DNA from: Octopus sinensis | Lineage: Eukaryota | Reading direction: 5' to 3' | Assembly: GCF_006345805.1 (NCBI RefSeq) | Contig: NW_021826637.1 | Span: forward strand, 1-12,016 | Length of the DNA stretch: 12,016 nt | Shown here: in pieces, positions 1 through 8,459 of the stretch | Numbering within the stretch: position 1 is the first letter of the stretch | How the letters are laid out: each line of letters begins with the position of its first letter | Notes under the pieces: model-generated | The model's input: the letters and a program-made list of their open reading frames with translations, nothing else | What the model was told of the DNA's origin: nothing | The model's database searches: none | Position numbers and translations under genes: made by a program

Positions 1-27
1 ATATATATATAATATAATATTATGTAT

Positions 28-72
<45 letters not shown>

Positions 73-78
73 GTATAA
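1..78. repeat. (TA)n-rich microsatellite
   Basis: Nearly pure TA dinucleotide run at the window start. Confidence 0.95.
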
Positions 79-282
79 ATGCGATGACAAAATGGAAAAA
101 ACGATTGTTATGAGCTTCAGTAGCTTACCGTTGTTTCTGCTATACGATGCAGTGGACTCATTTTGAGAGCCTGTAGCTTCTTCGGAGCCTCGAATATGAA
201 GTGCAATTTATTTAGGAAAAGAATTACATTTGTTCATATATGTAGGGAAATGCATTACCAGTGAGAAAGTTAATACATACAT

Positions 283-384
283 CCGTGGAGTGCTCAGCCA
301 CTTGTTGCAAGTTAATTACACGAGGAGGCTATACCGTTGATCGGATCCAACCGGAACGCTCACCATCGTAACGGATGGAGTACC
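283..384 (+). mobile_element. 3' fragment of a tRNA-derived SINE (octopus OK-like family)
   Basis: GTGGAGTGCTCAGCCACTTG matches GTGGAGTGCTCGGCCACTTG inside the SINE at 8460-8957. The downstream sequence resembles a recalled octopus SINE tail. Confidence 0.5.
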
Positions 385-388
385 AGTT

Positions 389-488
389 GGTCGATAAAAT
401 AAAGTACCAGTTAAACACTGGGGGTCGATGTAATCGAAGTACCTCTTCCTCTGAACTTCCTGGACTTGTGTCAAAATTTGAAACCAAC
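389..488 (+). mobile_element. SINE fragment (central domain plus tail ending AAATTTGAAACCAA)
   Basis: GGTCGATAAAATAAAGTACCAGTTAAACACTGGGGGGTCGATGTAATCGA matches the core of the copies at 6.1-7.1 kb and 9.7-10.5 kb. The tail matches the reverse complement of 6461-6490. Confidence 0.8.
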
Positions 489-544
489 GTCATATATCAA
501 TTGATTATAGTTTCTCGTTTACCTGAGCTTTGACAATTTCTACA

Positions 545-1327
545 AAAGAATCTTGTTATGTTGAGTGCTACCTGTGCAGGTCTTCTCTATTTAGTAGATA
601 ATTTCTGTGAACACCTGCCTATGGATGGGTTAATTTAGCTATTGTCAGCATTTTCTGTTTTAGTATCTAGTTTCTTCATTTTACTCCTTGTCCAGTTTAT
701 GATATTGTAACTTGTTATTACACGTTAAGCTAAATTATTGATGGCTTCAAATTTGTTTGACGTATATTTAGCTCTTCTTAAGTCTAAATCACGCTCTCTT
801 GGAATATTTAACTCCTTCTTCAGCATAAATCTTGCTCTCCTTTGGAGGTTTCTCTTGCATGGAAAACTGCTCTATGGTACCTCCTTTATCTACAACTGCT
901 ACTTGTATGCCTTCCTGTTCAAACTGCTTGATTTCATTGTTATAATAAAATGTTTGTATATGTTTTAAGTCACGGTAAGCTAATCCTTCTTGAATGTGGC
1001 TTTAGTATATTTATCTGAACCAATCTCCTTTTTAAAGCCATCACTGAATGTCATTACAATATTTCGTAGGCGATCTTATTGCTACAGTTATTTTGGCGAA
1101 GGCTTTTCAGATCATCTACATAAAACAGTTCAATGAGATATTTTCTGTTTCATACTTATAGTGGTTGTTGTTGAGTAAAGTAGAGAGTGATGTTAGCGCA
1201 ATACAGAGAAGCATTGGAGGGAGTAAGTCTTCTTGAAGAACTCTACTCTTCAAGTTAATGAATCTTGATGCTATTGACCTTCATTGCAGTTTAGATATAG
1301 TGCTGTTTTCTAAATTTTCGCGCTTCC
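545..1327 (-). mobile_element. Decayed R4/Dong-like (RLE-clade) non-LTR retrotransposon, reverse-transcriptase region, 5'-truncated
   Basis: Minus-strand translation with stops and frameshifts gives TALYLNCNEG..KSRVLQEDLLPPMLLCIALTSLSTLLNN (QGDSLSP-type motif), then FYVDDLK (YVDD at 1111-1122), VMTFSDG..GSDKYTKATFK, NKFEAINNLA*RVITSYNIINWTRSKMKKLDTK and HP*AGVHR. These are typical RT and thumb motifs of this clade. Confidence 0.88.
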
Positions 1328-2370
1328 AATCATTATAATTAATACGCTAGTGCAAGTAAATTAGTTAGTAAGTATTTCATCTTGAGGTTTGATGACAAGT
1401 TTCCTCAAATCTTAAGAAGCTTTTTTAGGATTCTTCCAAAATATACGAGGGTGAGTCAAAAAGTAATGCCATTTTGTTTAGGACAGGTTTAATTACCAAC
1501 ACAGGAACATGTATCATACATAAAAATGAAGCTGGTCCTCTGTGAATCACATCCCTATTTCTCAACACAGTCACCGTTTCTCTCAATAGTAATGTTCCAC
1601 CTTCGAATGAGAGCATGTATCCCTGTCCCGTAAAATTCTGTTGACTGTTCTTTGAGCCATTTCTTCACTACAGTTTTCACTTCCTCGTCACTGGACTATC
1701 ATCTCTTCGGCCTCATGAAAGAGGATTTGGGAGGCAAACATTATTCCAGTGACGAGGAAGTGAAAACTGGAGTGAAGAAGTGGCTCAAAGAACAATCAAC
1801 AAAATTCTACGGGGCAGGGTACATGCTCTCAATCGAAGGTGGAACATTGCTATTGAGAGTAACGGTGACTATGTTGAGAAGTATGGATGTGATCTATAGA
1901 AGACCAGCTTCATTTTGATGTATGATACATATTCTTGTGTTGGTAATTATACCTGTCCTAAACAAAATGGCATCACTTTTTGACACATCCTCGTAGGACG
2001 GTAATTTATGCAATCGACAATGCAAGTTCTTGGTAGCATTTTAGATGTTGAGCTAAATGCACCTGTTGCCACAAGCTTCCATAGTCTACTTAACTATGGT
2101 TAAATCCTGATTTTTCTTAGTTTTTCAATTTTCTTTGATATCGACTCAACTATCATAGGGAATTGCAAAATATAAGATCTTACACTGTGTATTTTGTCCT
2201 CTATGATCATATCTGATCTTTATGCTTCAGTAGTATGGTCCGCCTATATGTCCCACAAGTTCTTGTAATTCACACTTTCTATAACACCTTCTGGTTCGTG
2301 TTCATACCACCTTTTCTGCTGCTTTGAAGATAGACACTTAGGTGGCATCCAGCCTCACAACCATATGTGA
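1328..2370 (-). mobile_element. Decayed R4/Dong-like retrotransposon, restriction-like endonuclease domain plus 3' end, interrupted by the mariner element
   Basis: Translation gives WYEHEPEGVIESVNYKNLWDI*ADHTTEA*RSDMIIEDK..CKILYFAIPYDS*VDIKE.IEKLRK.QDL..LSRLWK..GAFSSTSK (decayed PD..D.....K..KY motif). Removing the MITE and one TA restores ITVLYFGRILKKLLKI* (stop 1405-1407). A short 3' UTR and a degenerate AAT tail (1328-1343) follow. Confidence 0.88.
1446..1993. mobile_element. Non-autonomous Tc1/mariner fold-back element (MITE) built from two transposase 3' ends
   Basis: TA duplication at 1444-1445 and 1994-1995; termini CGAGG...CCTCG. Arms 1446-1695 and 1745-1993 are reverse complements (about 24 differences by hand count). 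The element encodes the mariner C-terminus DYHLFGLMKEDLGGKHYSSDEEVKTGVKKWLKEQSTKFY.G(I)HALNRRWNIAIESNGDYVEK. Confidence 0.95.
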
Positions 2371-2821
2371 ACGACATGATCTCATATCAAGAAAAACATT
2401 GTATGATCTTGCAAGTGGTACCCAGTTAGAATTTTCTTCAGGTTGAGTAGCCCATCCCGCTCAAAAGCTCCTTGACTAAAGGTTTGTTTAAGGATGTCGA
2501 ACGGAACACTCATGTTTCCAGAGATGAATTATCCAAACCCCAAAGAATTCCTCTTATGCGCATGGCTATGATGCTCCTCTACTACTTCTGCTCATGATCA
2601 GAGATGCACATATCATCAGCTACCAAAGGACATGCTCAACTTGTTAAGGTCAAACAACTGACAAGCAAATCTGTGGTATTGAGCAGAATATTTGCTGTAG
2701 CCCATCTTTTATACCAAGACTCTATATACGTATGATGAATATATATATATGTACAAGATAACATGTCAAATCAGTTAAGATGAGAGGCCATGAGAGCCAT
2801 TACCTAGTCTGCATCAGGGTA

Positions 2822-3296
2822 TTTCATCATCATCATCATCATCATTATTATTATTATCTATGTTTGACTTTTGCTTTATGTCTGTACAAGTTGGCTCCAA
2901 GTCTCACCCAGAGATCTCAAGAGACAACAGGTTGGAAGTTCATGTTGTTGTTATGCCTATTGTGCTATATATTTTTTTTGGGGGGGGAGTTTTTGGTGTT
3001 GTACTAATGAATGTCTAAAAAAAAAAATTTTTTTAAAAACCGAAAATTATGTTTGTTTTAAACCTTGAGATTACATAGAAAGTATTTTGCGTAGGATATG
3101 AGCAGTTCCCATGAGCACTATCTTTTGATTTTCCTTTTCTGCCATTTTGGGTTTCCTGGTATCTGAGTTAGGTAGCTATCAGCCCTTTTTGCTATCATTC
3201 CCAGGGCACCTATGACAACAGGTATTGTTTTAGTCTTCAGGTTCCACATTTTGTTGATTTCTATTTCAAGATCTTATATTTGCTTTATATTTGCTT
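2822..3296 (-). mobile_element. Third R4/Dong-like retrotransposon 3' end (5'-truncated) with (AAT)n(GAT)n tail
   Basis: Translation gives KY.DLEIEINKMWNLKTKTIPVVIGALGMIAKRADSYLTQIPGNPK..QKIVLMGTAHILRKILSM* (stop 3071-3073). The 3' UTR runs to about 2858 and the trinucleotide tail spans 2822-2857. Confidence 0.9.
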
Positions 3297-3297
3297 A

Positions 3298-3354
<57 letters not shown>

Positions 3355-3365
3355 CATCATCATCA

Positions 3366-3397
<32 letters not shown>

Positions 3398-3405
3398 GTT
3401 GTTGT

Positions 3406-3441
<36 letters not shown>

Positions 3442-3586
3442 TAATAATAATAATAATAAATATTATTATTACCATCACCACCACCACCACCACCACCACC
3501 ACCACCACCACCACCACCACCATCACCACCACTACCATCATCATCATCATCACCATCATCATCATTATCATCATCATCATCATTGC

Positions 3587-3625
<39 letters not shown>

Positions 3626-3646
3626 CATTATTATCATCATCATCAT

Positions 3647-3682
<36 letters not shown>

Positions 3683-3716
3683 TATTATTATTATTATTAT
3701 TATTTTGTTGTTGTTT
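3297..3716. repeat. Compound trinucleotide microsatellite (TTA/CAT/GTT/AAT/CAC)
   Basis: Consecutive trinucleotide blocks, which explain the homopolymeric ORFs 3212-3733 and 3266-3646. Confidence 0.98.
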
Positions 3717-3865
3717 CTGTAAAATCCTTCTAAATAAAAATAAATGCTATTAGAAGGTGAACGTCAAACGGAAATATTTAACCTTTAGCTGGGTTAAACC
3801 GGAGGATTGTTATTCATGTTGGTGTTGGAGTATGCGCGTGGGCGAGGATGTGAAGCTATGAATGC

Positions 3866-3966
3866 GTGTATGCATATATGTGTAGGGGTGTATATCTATG
3901 TAAGCGTGCATATGTATGCGTGTATCTATATATATGTGCATGTATATTCATGCATGCATACATAAC

Positions 3967-4015
<49 letters not shown>

Positions 4016-4292
4016 ACACATTATGTAAATACGTATTTATGTTGTATATACGTTGATAATACATATATATATACATAAATATTATATATATAGATATAGA
4101 TATATATATATATATACATGTATATATTATATATACATGTATGTATATATATATATATACATATATATACATGTGTGTTATATATATACATATATATATA
4201 CCTGTAAATATATGTATATATATATAATATATATATATACATACATGCATATATATATAATATATATATACACTCACATAGACATACATGTG

Positions 4293-4325
<33 letters not shown>

Positions 4326-4340
4326 AGGGGAAAGAGAGAG
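3866..4340. repeat. (TA)n/(TG)n low-complexity tract
   Basis: Dinucleotide-dominated sequence giving IY-repeat ORFs. Confidence 0.95.
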
Positions 4341-4409
4341 AGATAGCTTAATGGAGAGAAGTATGATACGTGTGTAAGTATAACCGAATGTATCTGTTTA
4401 TGAATGACT

Positions 4410-4474
4410 GTATGTGCATATATGTATGTATAAGCACATCTGTGTGAGGGTTATTAATTACATATATCAGTTAT

Positions 4475-4517
<43 letters not shown>

Positions 4518-4902
4518 TATTATATATACATATATACATAATATATGTTTTTGCATGTGTGTACATTATATGTGTGTACGTGTGTGTGCTTATGTGCTTG
4601 TTTTATGCATTTGTGTTAATGTACACACACACACCACATTCACACACTCATACACATATATATTTACATACATAGATAATAATATATGTATAATTCAATA
4701 TGACGTCATACTTTGCAGAGGATTTACTCTACATCACGATTTTAAAACAGCAACAGCAGCAGCAGCAACAACAACATCAACAACAACAAAAGCAACAAGC
4801 CACATCGTCACCGAGTCACCAATAAGAATGAAATCATAAGAAAAGCGAGGAATAAAGAACACAAAAAAACAAAAACATACCGCAACAACTACAATAACAA
4901 TA
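4410..4902. repeat. (TA)/(TG)/(CA) and (AAC/AGC) low-complexity tract
   Basis: Direct reading of the sequence. Confidence 0.85.
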
Positions 4903-5146
4903 ACAAGAATATAGATTATGAGTCTAAGTTGAAAGTAAGCAACGTTTTGAAATATGAAATTCACCACAATACATTTCAACAATGCGGAAACTCCTTAAAT
5001 GCACTTTCAAAAATGCGGAAATTTACAAGAATATAGATTATGTGTCTAAGTTGAAAGTAAGCAACGTTTTGAAATATGAAATTCACCACAATACATTTCA
5101 ACAATGCGGAAACTCCTTAAATGCACTTTCAAAAATGCGGAAATTT
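4903..5146 (+). repeat. 122-bp tandem duplication
   Basis: ACAAGAATATAGATTATG...AAAAATGCGGAAATTT occurs at 4903-5024 and 5025-5146, with one visible mismatch (GAG/GTG). Confidence 0.95.
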
Positions 5147-5770
5147 TATTATTCAAGGTAAGTATTATTACAATGAACAAGTTTTTGCCAACGAGTTACA
5201 AGTTTGTTTCTTCCGGTTACATAAGAACATAGAATTCTGGAAGTGATGAACTCCTTGAATGCACATTCAAAATTGCGGAGAAGTTTTTGCCGACGAGTTA
5301 CAAGTTTGTTTATTACGGTTACAAAACAATATGGAAATCTGGAAGTGATAAACTTTTTGAATGCACCTTAAAAATGCGGAAATTTTATTAATCAATAACA
5401 GTAAAATCAACACGTTTTTGCTAACGAGTTACAAGTTTGTTTATTCCAGATACATAAACACCTGGAATTCTGGAACTGATGAACTTCTTGAATGAACTTT
5501 GAACAATACGGACATTTTATTCATCAATCTAGGTATAAGTACAATGAACATATTTTTGCCAACGAGTTAGAAGTTTTTTCTTCCTGTTACTTAAACACCT
5601 GGAATTCTGGAACTGATGAACCCCTTGAATGCACCTTAAAAAATGCGCAAATTTTATTCATAAAGGTAAGTATCATTACAATGAACACGTTTTTGCCAAT
5701 GAGTTACAAGTTTGTTTTTTTCCGGTTACATAAAAACTGGAATTCTGGAACTGGTGAACTCCTTGACTGC
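5147..5770 (+). repeat. Diverged minisatellite of about 137 bp, 4.5-5 units
   Basis: The motif TTTTTGCCAACGAGTTACAAGTTTG recurs near 5181, 5283, 5414, 5552 and 5689 (spacing 102, 131, 138, 137). Confidence 0.92.
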
Positions 5771-6024
5771 TCTTTGAGTAACGGTTTGATTTTCGAACTC
5801 CTTGTCTCACAGGAAACCACCAGGGTGCTTGAAAAAGTGGTTGTCGGCAAGAGTAAGTTCAAGAGAATAAGCTTGGAGGGAAGAATTTCATAGCGAAATT
5901 CCCTCAACTTCTGGAGCGTCATTAGTGAAACGTATGGTTAGCATCGTCATGAAGAATGATTGGCCCTCGTTTGCCGACCAGTCTGGGATGGAAGATTGGG
6001 AGGTTTTCATTCCTTTCGGTATAT

Positions 6025-6447
6025 TCAGACTTAATCCGTTTCTCTGTCCTTGTTTGTCCCCACTGTGTTTAGCCCATTGAGGGTAGTAATGAAAGAGGTA
6101 TTTTCGTCTGCCGTTACGTTCTGAGTTCAAATTGCGCCGAGGTCGACTTTGCCTTTCATCATTTCGGGGTCGATTAAATAAGTACCAGTTACGCACTGGG
6201 GTCGATATAATCAAATTAATCCTTTTGTCTGTCTTTGTTTGTCCCCTCTTTGTTTAGCCCCTTGTGGGTAGTAAAGAAATAGGTATTTCGTCCGTCTTTA
6301 CGTTCTGAGTTCAAATTCCGCTGAGGTCGACTTTGCCTTTCATCCTTTCGGTGTCGATAAATTAAGTACCAGTTGCGTACAGGGATCGATCTAATCGACT
6401 GGCACCCTCCCACAAAATTGCAGGCCTTGTGTCTAGAGTAGAAACGA
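6025..6447 (+). mobile_element. tRNA-derived SINE, head-to-tail multimer (tail A / core+tail A / core+tail B)
   Basis: B-box-like GAGTTCAAATT followed by GAGGTCGACTTTGCCTTTCATCCTTTCGGGGTCGATAAATTAAGTACCAG, present twice. This central domain resembles the Meta-domain type as I recall it. Confidence 0.9.
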
Positions 6448-6460
6448 AAAGAAATAATCA

Positions 6461-6682
6461 TATTGGTTTCAAATTTTGGCACCAGGCCAGCAACTTCAGG
6501 CGAGAGAGTAAGTCGGAACGCATCGACCCCACTGATCGACCGGTACTTACTTTATCGACCCCACATCTGAAAGTTGGAAAGTCGTGGTTGCCTCGGCAGA
6601 ATTTGAACTCAGATCGTTAAAGACGGACGAAATGCCGCAAAGAATTTTGCCTGCCGCACTAACGATTTTGACAGCTTGCCGC
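6461..6682 (-). mobile_element. Same SINE family, diverged full-length monomer (tail C)
   Basis: Reverse complement reads GCGGCAAGCTGTCAAAATCGTTAG...GAGTTCAAATTC...GGGGTCGATAAAGTAAGTACCGG...GGTGCCAAAATTTGAAACCAA. Confidence 0.85.
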
Positions 6683-6700
6683 TTTGACAGAAATGTTGAT

Positions 6701-6914
6701 ATTCGTTTCTATTCTAGGCACAAGGCCCGAAATTTTGAGACAGGGGTCCTGTCGATTAGATCGACTCCAGTACGCAACTGATACTTAATTCATCGACCCC
6801 TAAAGGATGAAAAGCAAAGTCGACATCGGCGGAATTTGAACTCAGAAAGTAAAGATAGACGAAGTGCCGCTAAGCATTTCGCCCGGCGTTGTAACGATTC
6901 TGCCAACACGCCGG
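6701..6914 (-). mobile_element. Same SINE family, full-length monomer (tail B)
   Basis: Reverse complement has the head, GAGTTCAAATTCCGCCGA, the core, and tail GGGCCTTGTGCCTAGAATAGAAA. Confidence 0.88.
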
Positions 6915-6935
6915 CTTAACAGAAATGTTCTGCCA

Positions 6936-7162
6936 GCGGCGAGCTGGCAGAAACGTTAGCACGCCGGACAAAATGCCTAGCGGTATTTTGTCTGCCGTTA
7001 CGTTCTGAGTTCAAATTCCGCCGAGGTCGACTTTGCCTTTCATTTTTTCGGGGTCGATAAATTAAGTACCAGTTACGCACTGAGGTGGCTCTAATCGACT
7101 TAATCTCGTTGTCTGTCCTTGTTTGTCCCCTCTATGTTTAGCCCCAATAAAGAAATAAGAAA
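6936..7162 (+). mobile_element. Same SINE family, full-length monomer (tail A)
   Basis: GCGGCGAGCTGGCAGAAACGTTAGCACGCCGG head (A-box-like), B-box-like GAGTTCAAATTCC, core, tail ending AAAGAAATAAGAAA. Confidence 0.92.
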
Positions 7163-7207
7163 TGTTAATATCGATATTTAACATAAGCTCACGCCTCAAT
7201 TTTACAG

Positions 7208-7491
7208 GAGGAATAATTTCGATAAAATTGATACCCCGTATTCTTCTGGTATCCGACGATTATCTATTAGGATTGTATCTCCAGAAAGAGAGATATATGC
7301 CCAATATATTAGCTGGGAGGACCTTAGTCCAAGTGAGCACTTAGTAAACTTGTTGGGTAGAATGAATAAGTTTATGGGTTGCGAAACTCTTGCCATTCAG
7401 CTATCTCGTGTATTAGAAACATCTGCATATGCGCAGAGAATACGAATCTGGTGAACTGCTGAAGCTTTTGTTACAAATAAACAATGGATTT
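7208..7491 (+). CDS. Possible exon pair (7208-7332, 7417-7491) of an unidentified gene
   Basis: TTTTACAG|7208...7332|GTGAGC, an 84-bp intron ending GTATTAG, then 7417...7491|GTATGT. The pair is phase-compatible: GIISIKLIPRILLVSDDYLLGLYLQKERYMPNILAGRTLVQ+KHLHMRREYESGELLKLLLQINNGF. No homology recognised, and 7185-7250 also resembles a decayed SINE tail. Confidence 0.2.
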
Positions 7492-7519
7492 GTATGTTTG
7501 TATATAGGTACGTTTGTTG

Positions 7520-7551
7520 CATACATACATACATGCATACGTATCTATCTA

Positions 7552-7602
<51 letters not shown>

Positions 7603-7607
7603 ATCTA

Positions 7608-7643
<36 letters not shown>

Positions 7644-7709
7644 CAGGAGGATATGTAAGTACACACACATATACACACATTAATATAATATGTTTTTATA
7701 TATATATAT

Positions 7710-7749
<40 letters not shown>

Positions 7750-7800
7750 TATATACATATATATATATGCATATATGAATATCCGTAAACCTACTTACGT
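7520..7800. repeat. (CATA)n, (TATC)n and (TA)n microsatellites
   Basis: Long TATC run at about 7545-7642, followed by TA tracts. Confidence 0.97.
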
Positions 7801-8103
7801 ACGTACATACGTACACTTTAAATCTGAAGGCTTTTTACGAGCACACGAAAGAAGATTATATGCAACAGAGATTCAGGATGAATCGAAGAGAATTCCCTGC
7901 CAGGGTTTAAAATGTCAGATCTTCCTTCAACTTTTACCAAACCTGAAATGATAGATGCTGAATATGACACAAAGGAAGTCAGAACCACATAAACACGTTG
8001 GTTGCTATTGACAACGGACACAACAGCTACAACATCGATATTAACGTTATGTGGTATTGTAGCGAAAGATTATATTGTAATATATGGTATGTCGGCAAAA
8101 AAC

Positions 8104-8155
8104 ATGGCTGAGTGGTTAGCAAGCTTGCTTTCTAACTACTTGATTTCGGGTTCAG
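8104..8155 (+). mobile_element. Decayed tRNA-like SINE head fragment
   Basis: TGGCTGAGTGGTTAGCAAGCTTGCTTTCTAACTACTTGATTTCGGGTTCAG resembles the head of the SINE at 10543-10924. Confidence 0.6.
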
Positions 8156-8204
8156 TGTGTATACATAGATCGTTAGCCACTACACACATTTTTTTCTCTC
8201 CTTG

Positions 8205-8335
8205 TTCTTTCTGTGTCCTTTTCTGTAGAATAGCGTAGGCTCGAAACGTAAAATACTTTTTCTATTCCTGAGCGTTATACTATCATCTGCTTGTTTTGTA
8301 CACCGCCTGCCTTCGTCTTTTGTTTATTTTCGTAA
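8205..8335 (+). other. Repeat fragment with degenerate minimal hammerhead-ribozyme-like motif (Penelope pseudo-LTR-like)
   Basis: CTGTAGA (one mismatch to CTGANGA), a hairpin AGC-GTAG-GCT, then GAAAC-GTA at 8223-8250. Confidence 0.4.
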
Positions 8336-8340
8336 ACTCT

Positions 8341-8342
<2 letters not shown>

Positions 8343-8386
<44 letters not shown>

Positions 8387-8458
8387 ATATATATATATAT
8401 ATAATATCACTACATATATATTATATATATATATTATATATATATATATATACACATA
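8343..8458. repeat. (TA)n microsatellite
   Basis: Direct reading of the sequence. Confidence 0.97.
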
Positions 8459-8459
8459 T

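Noticed and set aside
120-200. Minus-strand GAAAC with a small hairpin as a second hammerhead
   Set aside because: There is no CTGANGA box at the required position.
738-968. 76-aa plus-strand ORF
   Set aside because: It is antisense to the R4/Dong-like RT fragment.
1652-1918. 88-aa ORF as a functional transposase
   Set aside because: It is only a frameshifted C-terminal remnant, and its N-terminus is antisense arm sequence.
2371-2725. Continuation of the R4-like ORF or a gene
   Set aside because: No RT or zinc-finger motifs are recoverable. It is probably an unclassified interspersed repeat that I cannot support from this window alone.
3212-4839. Long ORFs with poly-I/N/H/Y or IY repeats
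   Set aside because: They are translations of microsatellites, with no coding signal.
5147-5770. CTGATGA within minisatellite units as a hammerhead satellite or CRISPR-like array
   Set aside because: Stems II and III cannot be formed consistently and GAAA is not conserved. The units are contiguous diverged repeats without unique spacers.
5492-5893. 133-aa ORF through the minisatellite
   Set aside because: It is open in only part of the array, the frame shifts between units, and no domain is recognisable.
5888-6781. Recurrent ORFs such as STPVRNWYL and RQSRP across 5.9-6.8 kb and 9.9-10.3 kb
   Set aside because: They are reading frames through SINE copies.
6936-7025. tRNA genes at SINE heads (also 8460 and 10850-10924)
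   Set aside because: A- and B-box-like motifs are present, but there is no cloverleaf and each continues into a SINE body.
7817-8000. Possible exon on either strand (e.g. MSDLPSTFTKPEMIDAEYDTKEV)
   Set aside because: Several mutually exclusive weak splice options, and no recognised homology.
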